Shown here: piece after piece, positions 29,543-39,200 of the stretch
How the letters are laid out: every line of letters begins with the position of its first letter
How positions within the stretch are numbered: position 1 is the first letter of the stretch
Assembly: GCA_949292245.1 (NCBI GenBank)
Contig: CASEYV010000002.1
Span: forward strand, 16,150-80,149
From: an uncultured bacterium
Lineage (GTDB): Bacteria > Bacillota_I > Bacilli_A > RF39 > UBA660
Length of the DNA: 64,000 bases
Direction of reading: 5' to 3'
Translations under genes and position numbers: made by a program
Notes under the pieces: generated by a model
Database searches by the model: none
What the model was told of the DNA's origin: nothing
Seen by the model: the letters and a program-made list of their open reading frames with translations, nothing else

Positions 29543-29932
29543 TTAGATAAAATAATCTATAATTGCATAATTTAATTGATTTTGAACAGAAATATTTGTA
29601 TTGATTGATAATATTTTATGTTTTTCAGTTATCATAAACTCAATATAATCTTCTGCAAATTGAGCTGATATTTCATCAATTCCATCAAAATCAATTAAAA
29701 TAACTGCTTTATCTATTTCAACATCTAATAGTTCTTTAATTTTTTGTATAAAGTTAGGACATATTAAAGATGTTACACCTAAATCATTGATTTTAAAATA
29801 ATATGCTTCCACATTTTCTGGTTCTGATAATCTATAAGCATCTTCTAATATTTTATTTTTTTTTGTTTCAAACATACTATCAAGACTAAATAAATTTGTT
29901 GTATTCGCTAATAAAGTTACTCCTTTAAGCAT
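29543..29932 (-). CDS. STAS-like (DUF4325-type) protein
   Basis: VILIDFDGIDEISAQFAEDY. Confidence 0.55.
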   Translation of the reverse strand: MLKGVTLLANTTNLFSLDSMFETKKNKILEDAYRLSEPENVEAYYFKINDLGVTSLICPNFIQKIKELLDVEIDKAVILIDFDGIDEISAQFAEDYIEFMITEKHKILSINTNISVQNQLNYAIIDYFI

Positions 29933-30683
29933 CGCTTATATCTCCTATAAAAGTAATATTAACTTCTGGATAATTTTTCTTAGGTCTTAAATTATTTAAC
30001 GATATTTTACATCCAATTATAGCTTCTTTATCATCTTCTTCAGAGCTATGTAAAAATTCCGTTGAAAAACTACTATAATAACCATTTTCACTAGGAGTTA
30101 CGATAACTGTTGGTGTTTTATAAAATTTAAAGATGTTGTCATCTTCATCTACAAAATTAATTATAATTTCTTTATCCATTTCAACGTTGTTTGTAATTAT
30201 AATTGTATTAGATATATCTAATCCATTAAAATAGATATTAAATTTTTCTAAGTTTTCTTCCGTAAATTTAAGTGTTTCCCCAGGTGGTCTTTTATCAATT
30301 TGTGATAATAATGAGGATTTATAAGTATTATCAACAGCATCATAATATAAATTAGAAGTAATTTTTAATGTTTTTCCAGCAAAACTGCTCATTTCATATG
30401 CATCTAATGAGTCTATTTTTGCTTTAATTTCTTTATACTTAGCATCAGATTTTGCAGCATCATTATTTTCAATGAAATTAACTAATTCATCAATAATATC
30501 ATTTTTAGCACCGATTACTCTTAATGGATTAGGATTAAATTGTGTTAAATTTAGAATAATAGATTCCCCATCACAAAGCTCTTCTTGTTCTACATCATCA
30601 ATAGAAACAAGATATGTGGGAGTTGTTTCATCATCTATCCCATATTCCGTTGTAATTGCTTTAAAAAATTTTTTATCAATCAT
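29925..30683 (-). CDS. Hypothetical protein
   Basis: 252-aa ORF. Confidence 0.75.
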   Translation of the reverse strand: MIDKKFFKAITTEYGIDDETTPTYLVSIDDVEQEELCDGESIILNLTQFNPNPLRVIGAKNDIIDELVNFIENNDAAKSDAKYKEIKAKIDSLDAYEMSSFAGKTLKITSNLYYDAVDNTYKSSLLSQIDKRPPGETLKFTEENLEKFNIYFNGLDISNTIIITNNVEMDKEIIINFVDEDDNIFKFYKTPTVIVTPSENGYYSSFSTEFLHSSEEDDKEAIIGCKISLNNLRPKKNYPEVNITFIGDISDA

Positions 30684-30743
30684 ATTAAACCCTTATAAAA
30701 TTAATATTTAGATTATATCGTTTGATATTTATAAAAAGTTATA

Positions 30744-31280
30744 TTAATCTCTGATAATATCTTCTTTATCTAATTGAGTATTAGCAATTACTTGTGTTAA
30801 AGTGTTATTAAATGATACAGATAATTTATCTCCTTCTTTAATTTGATTTAATATTTTACTAATATTGGTGATGGAATTAATACATGCTTGTGTATCTTGT
30901 TCTAATCCTAATCCTAATTCTTGCTCGTATTCTATACCCTGTTTTAATCTAACAGTTTCAATTGCAACCAACTGTTTTAAAACATCTTCAGGACTTGCAT
31001 CAGTTTTAGCAATACCAATTGCTGCTTCTTGAATATCTGGTGGAGCGCCTTGTAGTGCTATATCTAAATAACCATATTTTCCCATATCTGGAAAGTATTC
31101 TTCATTTTTCTCTAATGGAACCATATATTCTTCTTCATATTTGTTTTTGAAGTCATTCATATCATATGAAGAATCTATATTTTCTTGTTTAAAGATTTCA
31201 TCATCACTTAAATATGGGTATTTTTCAGCTATTCTTTGTTTTTCTTCTTGCGATAAATTCGCATATCGCATTCTTATCAC
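30744..31280 (-). CDS. Hypothetical protein, possibly terminase small subunit
   Basis: Helical core and C-terminal strand; weak resemblance only. Confidence 0.45.
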   Translation of the reverse strand: MIRMRYANLSQEEKQRIAEKYPYLSDDEIFKQENIDSSYDMNDFKNKYEEEYMVPLEKNEEYFPDMGKYGYLDIALQGAPPDIQEAAIGIAKTDASPEDVLKQLVAIETVRLKQGIEYEQELGLGLEQDTQACINSITNISKILNQIKEGDKLSVSFNNTLTQVIANTQLDKEDIIRD

Positions 31281-31325
31281 CTATTAAACGGTATATGAAA
31301 AATAAATTTATAAAATGTTATAAAT

Positions 31326-31589
31326 TTATTCTTTTTTATCTTTTTCGTTTACAGCATCAAACATGAATCTTATCAAAACTTCGTTAAATTGTTTATTATC
31401 AATCTGCTTGATGATACCTCTCACACATCCAGCTAAAAAGATTACAGCTGCTTTATAATCAATTTCATATTCTTCAAACAATTTTTCTAATTCTGGGGCA
31501 ATATTTTCTTTAATAAGAGTTAATTGCTTAGTAATTTCATCTTTTTCATTTTGTTTATTTTTGTCTGTCATATAAATACTTATATACAT
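31326..31589 (-). CDS. Hypothetical protein
   Basis: 87-aa ORF. Confidence 0.65.
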   Translation of the reverse strand: MYISIYMTDKNKQNEKDEITKQLTLIKENIAPELEKLFEEYEIDYKAAVIFLAGCVRGIIKQIDNKQFNEVLIRFMFDAVNEKDKKE

Positions 31590-31644
31590 AGTTATATATA
31601 TATTTTTTTATATATAATTAATATTAAAAATTTTGAGGAATAGA

Positions 31645-32835
31645 ATGACTGAAGAAAATATAAGTAAAAGTGATGCTGTTCCAACAGAAAGTGGACAAAC
31701 TACTGGTAGTGATGACACAGAAACAGATGCTACTGGTGATTTAAAAGAACAATTAACGGAATTGGAAGGAAAACAAACAGTATCTACTGGAGAAAAATCT
31801 CCATTACTTTCTGGGGAGCAAACCTTTGAAGACCTTATTGCTACGATTTGTGATGGAACAGATTTGCTTTTTTTACCAAAAAGAGGTAATATTATAATTA
31901 CTGATGTTGAATCTGTTATTTCAGAAGCTTATTGGTTAAGAAAAAATCATTCAGACGTAGTTGGAGCAGAAGATGTAAAATTACACACAATTGCTGATGG
32001 AGAATATGAATTGGCTATTGATTCATATGGTTTCTACAATACCGTTATAGTTAAGTATAAGGGGGGAACAGTTAAAGAAAGTTATAATGATTTAGTTAGA
32101 GCTTTTGATGAAGTTCCTTTTGAAGTTGAATATAATACGGCATCAAAAGAAGCAGCACAAATGAAGGCTAAAGCTATATTGGCAGCACAATTAAGAGAAC
32201 ATCAAATGTCAGTTACAGGTAGGATATTATATGATGGTGATTTAGATGTTGGGGATATATTAACATTTGAAAACCCCTTAACACTTAAAGACCAAATTCA
32301 TATAGCTAATGGTGAAGAACCTGAATATATGTTTTTATTAGGATATTCAGTTAGTTGGACTGCTGATAGTTATATTGAGGCTGATGTTGAATTATACTAT
32401 GCACCACAAAGTCCATCACCATTAGGGGTTCCAGATTACGGAACTGGTTATGCACAAGGAGATGTTCAAAAGGCTATCGAAGAAATTGGAGCTGTTGTAT
32501 CAACTTTTTCATACTCAAGTGCATGTCAAACTCATGATTGTATACAGGAACAGAAAACTGGTGATTGTTTTGGATTAAGTGATTATATTGCTGTTGAATT
32601 TGCTAAAAGAGGTATTCGTGCAGTTATTTATGAATACCCAACTTCAGTAGCAAGACATCATCAAGTTAAATACGAATCAAACGGTCAATTAATCGAGTTT
32701 CCATATTCTCAATATGTTAAGGAGCATGTTTTCTATTCTGAGTCCATTCCAAGCGATGCTTCAATATACAAGGAATATGGACCAGGTAATTTAACTGGAA
32801 CGGAAACAAATAATACAACTACTGATACAAATTAA
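31645..32835 (+). CDS. Baseplate hub (GpD/gp27-like) C-half plus transglutaminase-like cysteine peptidase domain
   Basis: FYNTVIVKY, KAKAILA, LDVGDILTF; GDCFGLS...HHQV...IEFPY. Confidence 0.65.
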   Translation: MTEENISKSDAVPTESGQTTGSDDTETDATGDLKEQLTELEGKQTVSTGEKSPLLSGEQTFEDLIATICDGTDLLFLPKRGNIIITDVESVISEAYWLRKNHSDVVGAEDVKLHTIADGEYELAIDSYGFYNTVIVKYKGGTVKESYNDLVRAFDEVPFEVEYNTASKEAAQMKAKAILAAQLREHQMSVTGRILYDGDLDVGDILTFENPLTLKDQIHIANGEEPEYMFLLGYSVSWTADSYIEADVELYYAPQSPSPLGVPDYGTGYAQGDVQKAIEEIGAVVSTFSYSSACQTHDCIQEQKTGDCFGLSDYIAVEFAKRGIRAVIYEYPTSVARHHQVKYESNGQLIEFPYSQYVKEHVFYSESIPSDASIYKEYGPGNLTGTETNNTTTDTN

Positions 32836-32849
32836 ACGAGGTATGAAAA

Positions 32850-34403
32850 ATGGTAAGATATGCAGTTGGTATTGATAAAGGGTCAGCAGGATTACCTGAC
32901 CAACAAATATTAGATGGGGTTGCTAGTGCAATCCAACAAGCATGTGGAGCAGAAGTTAAAAAAATAGGTATTGGTTCTAATGCTGTACCTGCTTTTGGTA
33001 TGACATCTGGGGCTAGTGGGTATACTGCTGTTTATATTACAAATGGTCGTGGTTTGCAGACACCAGAGGATTTTGAAGTTGGTATTGGCAGATATTATAA
33101 TTATGATTTTTGTATATTTGTTTGGGCAGGTGAATTAGTTGGAAATCCATATTTAACTGTTGAATATAATGATAAATATCCAGTACCACCAGAACACGAT
33201 TGGAATAGAGATGCAAGTTTTGGACCAGGAACTATGTATGCAAAGGATTTCTTTAACAAAAAAAGTAATATCTCTCTTGTTATTGCCCAAAGTTTTGAAG
33301 AAATTGGTAAAGGTGTTTGTGCAGGTGGTAATTATGCTGGAAGTGGCCCATCAACAGCAGGAGGGCAACAACAGGAATCACAGAAATCTGAATTACTTTC
33401 TGGTGAATGGACCTTTGAAGAATTGATTGCTTATATTTGTGATGGTGTTGATATTCAATTTATACCTAAAAAAACAAATATCGTTGTAACTGATTTTGAA
33501 AGTCTATTTGCTGAAGCAAAATGGCTTAGAGATAAGCATGCTGATTCAGTTGAAGGAGAAAATCTTCATTTTTGGCAACTTGAAGATGGAAGTTATGAGG
33601 AACAAATTAATCAATTTGGTTTTTATAATTCCGTTAAAGTAAATTATAAAAATGGTTCAGTTGTTGAAGAGTATGATGATTTAGTTAGAAACTTAGGTCA
33701 AATTCAAATTACATATGACCATAAAAATTTAGATAAAACATCAGCTATTATTAAAGCTAAGGCATATTTAGCAGCTCATGTTAGAGAATTTGAGTTAAAA
33801 TTAAATTCAACGATATTAGCTTCACCTGAAATAGATATAGGTGATATAGTTACTTTTAACAATCCATTTACTATGCGGGATTCATATAAAGCTGACCCAG
33901 AATATTTATTTGTGAGTGGTTACTCAATAGAATGGGAAGATGGAGGAGCAATTAAACAAGGTTTAGAATTATCATATGGACCTATTCAGGCTAGTCCACC
34001 AGAAGTTCCTACAACTGGTAGTAATGGAGCTGATGTTGAAGCTGAATCAATATCTGAAGAAGCAAAAGCTGCATTTGAAGAACTAAAAACACAGTTAGGT
34101 GAAGTATCTTATGATACATCTTGCAGTTCAGCATCATGTTTAGAATCCAATAAAAAAGGAGATTCTAAAGCTTTATCTGAATATATTGCTAATTTTCTTA
34201 ATGGAAAAAATATTCAAAATAAAATTGTACAGTATGAAAAAAATGATAAACCATTTTATTCCGTTGTATATGTAGATGGTAATTCATGGAAGAATGTTCC
34301 TTATTCAGAGATAGTAAGTGATACTAATTTCTTAGCAACATCTGCAGCATTAGAGCAAGTACAAGAAAGTCAAACAAATGAAAGTGGTGATACTAATGGT
34401 TAA
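32850..34403 (+). CDS. Paralogous hub C-half with N-terminal putative wall-hydrolase domain and inactive peptidase domain
   Basis: Central region clearly paralogous to 31645; GDSKALS lacks the Cys. Confidence 0.65.
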   Translation: MVRYAVGIDKGSAGLPDQQILDGVASAIQQACGAEVKKIGIGSNAVPAFGMTSGASGYTAVYITNGRGLQTPEDFEVGIGRYYNYDFCIFVWAGELVGNPYLTVEYNDKYPVPPEHDWNRDASFGPGTMYAKDFFNKKSNISLVIAQSFEEIGKGVCAGGNYAGSGPSTAGGQQQESQKSELLSGEWTFEELIAYICDGVDIQFIPKKTNIVVTDFESLFAEAKWLRDKHADSVEGENLHFWQLEDGSYEEQINQFGFYNSVKVNYKNGSVVEEYDDLVRNLGQIQITYDHKNLDKTSAIIKAKAYLAAHVREFELKLNSTILASPEIDIGDIVTFNNPFTMRDSYKADPEYLFVSGYSIEWEDGGAIKQGLELSYGPIQASPPEVPTTGSNGADVEAESISEEAKAAFEELKTQLGEVSYDTSCSSASCLESNKKGDSKALSEYIANFLNGKNIQNKIVQYEKNDKPFYSVVYVDGNSWKNVPYSEIVSDTNFLATSAALEQVQESQTNESGDTNG

Positions 34404-35601
34404 TCAAAATTCAATAGCTTCAACAAGTGGAGAGAATTCTAATATTATATCAAGACAAGTTAATCAATATTATGATTCTACAACTACAGAGGCTTATAAA
34501 CAAATTATGAAAAATAAAAACAACGATGTAAGGCTTGGTGGAAATTTAAAACAATCAAAAGATAATGTATATAAAAGTTCAGTTAGTGTTTATACACCGT
34601 ATGATGGACAATATCATACTTACTGGACTAGTATGAGTATTGATGTAAATGTAACAGATTTCTTACAAACATGTGAGCTTACAGCTCCATATTCTCCAGA
34701 CTTAATGGAGTATTGGACACCAATTACAGCATATTGTCGTGTTTATGGTAGAAATAAAGGTGAAGAAAAACTTTTATTTATCGGAAGGGTAAGAGAACTT
34801 TATCAATCTGGTTATGAGTTTAGAATGGTTTTACAATCAGCTACATGGAAATTAAAACAAAATGCAACAACAAGTTTTGTAGAAGATAATGTAAAGGGTA
34901 AAGATGGATATGTTATTATTAAATTGATTTTAGAAGCTTTAAAATTTGATTCATATTATATATCTCCAAATGCTGAAAAAATACTCCGTACAGTTGGTAT
35001 TGATGAAAATGGGGAATTAGTAAAGGCTGGGGAAGTAGTTGAAGAAGCTCCTGATTTATTAGAATATTTAAAAAGTTCTGACCCAATGGGAAGTATTACT
35101 AAAGATACATTAAGTAATAAATTAAAAGAAAGTAAAGTTGGAAATGAAGAAAACATTAACTATACATTAAAATATGAAGAACCAACTGAAGTTATGAAAC
35201 AAATCGCTGCTACATCTGTTCCAGTACAAACAGCAAATCCAGTATCAGGTGGTGGTACTGGTGGTGGTGGAGGTGGTGGTGCTGGTGGTGTTAGTGGAGG
35301 TGGAGGTTCTTCAACATCATCAACTAAGAAGAAACAAACAAAAGACCAACAATTTAATGCTAAATGTCATGCAACAAGTAAAAGTATACAATTAGTATTA
35401 AGACTCGCTTATGGTAGTATTAAAGCGAAAAAGAATGTAGATGCTAGTGTAGGGGTAAAATTAACTAATTATAGAAAATTACAGACAAAAAATAATAAAA
35501 CACATGCAACTAATTATTGGACCAAAGATGGATTAACCAATTGTATTAATTGGTTGAAAGAATATGCACGCGACCAAAAAGTTAGATTTACAGGAATTTA
35601 A
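34396..35601 (+). CDS. Baseplate hub N-half-like tail protein with Gly-rich linker
   Basis: LFIGRVREL...FRMVLQSATWKLKQ...IIKLIL; poly-Gly at about 35247-35310. Confidence 0.5.
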   Translation: MVNQNSIASTSGENSNIISRQVNQYYDSTTTEAYKQIMKNKNNDVRLGGNLKQSKDNVYKSSVSVYTPYDGQYHTYWTSMSIDVNVTDFLQTCELTAPYSPDLMEYWTPITAYCRVYGRNKGEEKLLFIGRVRELYQSGYEFRMVLQSATWKLKQNATTSFVEDNVKGKDGYVIIKLILEALKFDSYYISPNAEKILRTVGIDENGELVKAGEVVEEAPDLLEYLKSSDPMGSITKDTLSNKLKESKVGNEENINYTLKYEEPTEVMKQIAATSVPVQTANPVSGGGTGGGGGGGAGGVSGGGGSSTSSTKKKQTKDQQFNAKCHATSKSIQLVLRLAYGSIKAKKNVDASVGVKLTNYRKLQTKNNKTHATNYWTKDGLTNCINWLKEYARDQKVRFTGI

Positions 35602-35783
35602 TAAACGGTATTATTAAATATATAAAAAGTTATAACTATTTATATATATGATTAAGTATATTATTATTCAAATTTAATCATGAGGTTTGAGAATGAAAAA
35701 AAAATTTGAAAATGGAACACCAAAAATTAAAATTAGAAATATAATTGTAAAGGAAAAAGATAAAGAAGATAAGGAGAGGTATA

Positions 35784-36227
35784 ATGAAGAGTAATCAATT
35801 AATTTTTACTAAAGGAAAAGAAAAAGCTTTAAAAACTCTTTTTAGTCAGGATAATTTTGGATATTTAGCTATTGGGTATCAAGATGAAACTCAAGATACT
35901 AATGGATTTGAAAATCCTGTTACTGATGCTGATGATGATGGATTTAACGAAATTAATGTACAAACATTTCCATCTTATGCAAGGATTCCATTAGTAGCAC
36001 AAGATGAAGTAAATGTAGATTATGATACTGAAACTGTATATATGAAATTTACTGCTGATTTGGATATTGATAATATTATTGAAATTACACCTATAAATCA
36101 ATTTGCTATTGTAGATAGTTCAGATAGTACAGACCCAAATACCGTTATATATGCGGCAGCAACTTTTCCAGAATTTGTTAAATCAGAAAAAATAGCTATT
36201 ACTTTTGTTATTGATATAGGTTTATAA
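35784..36227 (+). CDS. Putative tail/baseplate structural protein
   Basis: YLAIG, YARIP, INQFAIVD, FPEFVK pattern typical of tail-collar-like proteins. Confidence 0.55.
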   Translation: MKSNQLIFTKGKEKALKTLFSQDNFGYLAIGYQDETQDTNGFENPVTDADDDGFNEINVQTFPSYARIPLVAQDEVNVDYDTETVYMKFTADLDIDNIIEITPINQFAIVDSSDSTDPNTVIYAAATFPEFVKSEKIAITFVIDIGL

Positions 36228-36237
36228 GGGGGTTTAT

Positions 36238-39200
36238 ATGACTAGTTATTATAATAGGGTTTATGGAAATCTTTATCCTGGTCGTATTGCTAAATCTGAA
36301 GATATTAATTTAATTCAAACTAATATTGAAGATGCAATTAAAGCCGTTATTAATGATTTACATGAACAAACTTCATATATTTTAGGAAATGAAGAAGATG
36401 CCTTCTTATTATCTCCAGCTCCTAAACGTGCAGGTAGATATATTGATACTATGAATTTAGTATCTGAATCAAAAGAAAAATGGCTCAACATTAATAAATA
36501 TGGATATAAACAAGGTATTAAAAAATCTAAAACAAGTTTATACAGTATTATTGTTAAATTAAGAAATTTATATAATAGAACTGTTACCGTTAAGTTTGAG
36601 TTACAAGATGATAGGGGAACTGTTTTAAAAACATCAAGTGTAAAGGTTCCTGCTAATACAACTTCTTCTGAATTTGAAGTTGTTTTTGCACAAGATTATG
36701 TTCCTACAATATTAGGTAGAAGCAATTCAGATATTGAAGAAGATAATAACTTTTTAATGTCTAACAGACCTAATGAGGAATATATTCATGAAGGAAATAC
36801 CGTTTATGATAATCAAGATGATAAAAATTCTAGTGTAGGAGCTACACAATTATATCTCGTTGTTAAACCATTAAATATGTCTGCAACAGACTTATTTGTT
36901 AATGGAGATGAAGATGTTGGTGTTATTGATAATGAAACCTTTATGATTTGTGCTGATTCAGAAGGTAAATATGGAAAATTATTACAACAAACTGGTAACT
37001 CTGGTCTTTATTATGAGGATACTATTTATGATTTGTATTTCAAAGATGTTTATTCTACAAAAAATACATATCTTTGTAATGGAGGAGCAGCTGTAATTGA
37101 TGGAACACCAGTACAATGTATCGATACACATGTTACTGTTGATGGAGCTTCTTCTTTTGGAGATGTAAAATCTTTTGTTTATATGGATTTAGATGGTCAT
37201 TTAAGGTCAGAAAATTCAGTTGCTACTGAAGGCTCTTTAAACGATGTATTAACTCCATTACCTGCTGGTAGATTACCTATAGCAGAAATAACATTCTATA
37301 AGGATGGTACAAAATCACCAGAAGTATATCAAGAAGATACTGAATTAATTACAAGACCACGTTCTCATCACGAAAGACTTCGTAGATTAGAAAAAGAAAT
37401 GGCTTATCAAAGAGATATTACTATACCACCTCGTTTAAAATATACTTTATCTGGTAGTGATATTATTGAGGATAATCCTCAAAAGATTACTGCAAAAGGA
37501 GATGAAGATGGTACTGCTGGTGCTAATGAATTAGAATCTGGTACAGATTTCTTTTTAACAACCGATGCAAATGGTAATTTCGTTGTAAAAACAATAAATG
37601 CAGAAGTTTTAAATATTCCTATAACTTTTGATGAGGAAGAGGACGCTAAAGAAACTGATGTTAATATTAAAGAAGGTAAATTGTATCCTACTAAGGTTAA
37701 TGTAGATGTAAAAAATAAAAGCCTTACATTAAAACAACTTAATACTGAAGCTGGAGTAGGAATGGATGATGAAACAGCTAAAGAAACCATTTTTAATGTA
37801 TGGGATGATGATGCAGCTAATAGACCTGTAAATGAAGATATTACTCCTACTGAAAGAGAATTTACTGTTCATAAAGGTAAAAGTGGTAAAAATGATTGGT
37901 CATCTGAATATCCAGCTATGACTTTTTATACTGACTCTGATTTTCAAGTTAGTGGTATTAATATTCCTATTACTAAATTTAAGAATTGTGAATCAGTTTG
38001 TTTCTATATATGGAAAAGACAAGGTCCTAATAATAAAACAAATAAAGTATGGATTGAGCTACCACATATCTACAAATCAAAATCTTTCAGCTTAGCTAAT
38101 GCTAAAGAAAAAGATGGTTATCAAATTGTTGAAGGTGGATTCAATATCGTTGTAGGTAAGGATAAAAGTACAACTTCAAGTGATACAACTGGTACAAGCA
38201 GTACAGATTCTGGTGATGCAACCCAATCTAATGAGCAAACTGAATATACAGATACTGGTTTACATCTTCCTAAAGGTCAGTATATTATTATGGCTTTACC
38301 AACACCTAAATCTGGGTCTGGTAGTGTATATGTAGAAACATATAAACCAGCTGATTCAAAAGATTTCTTAATACGTTATTATGGTGCTGCTGATGCATCT
38401 CACTTTTATTTAAAAGATAGGTACTTTGAAATTTGGTATAACTCTGCTACATTTACTGGTACAAGTGGTAAATATGCTCAAACTGGATATATTGAATCTG
38501 GAACATTAAAATGGACACAAGTTGAACCTGTTGAAACTGTTACTGTTCAAGCAAATGTTGAAAATCCAGAAGGTTGTTCATATAATATTTATGCTGATAC
38601 TGGTGGTGGATATAAGCAGTTAAAAATGAATGAGCCAACAAAAATTACTGGTCAAGGATATGCATTTAGATGGAAAATATCAATGACTGGTACTGGTAAA
38701 GACACACCAAGATTCTTCTATTCGGATGAGAATGGATACGCCGTTAAATTTATATTAACAAGAAAAACCCCTGAAGTCGGTGCCTATGATGATAAAAATG
38801 CTTGTATCACAACTAAAACGATATATGCAAATGATATATTAAGAAAATATGTTGGTGATGACAATATGTCATTAACTGATAATAGGTTTTCTAATTATGA
38901 ATTTTGTAGGTTATGGGGACAAGATTCAACAGATACTGATTTGTTAATTGATATTGCAGCTTCTGATTTAAAGGCTAAAATTGATACTCCTGAAATTACT
39001 ACAGCTACTGATACTATTCCAGCACAGACTAATGAATTTGATATATTTTCATTATATTTCGTTGATTTAGATTTAGATGATTTCTGTGATGGTTCTGTTG
39101 ATTATGATAATTATGAACCAGATATGGAATATGATGAGCATAATATGCGTTTTAAATTAGATACAGATAATGCATATAATGATGATGATATTGCTGTGTT

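Noticed and set aside
35247-35310. GGT microsatellite as a contingency locus
   Set aside because: In-frame, codon-varied Gly linker; ordinary for tail proteins
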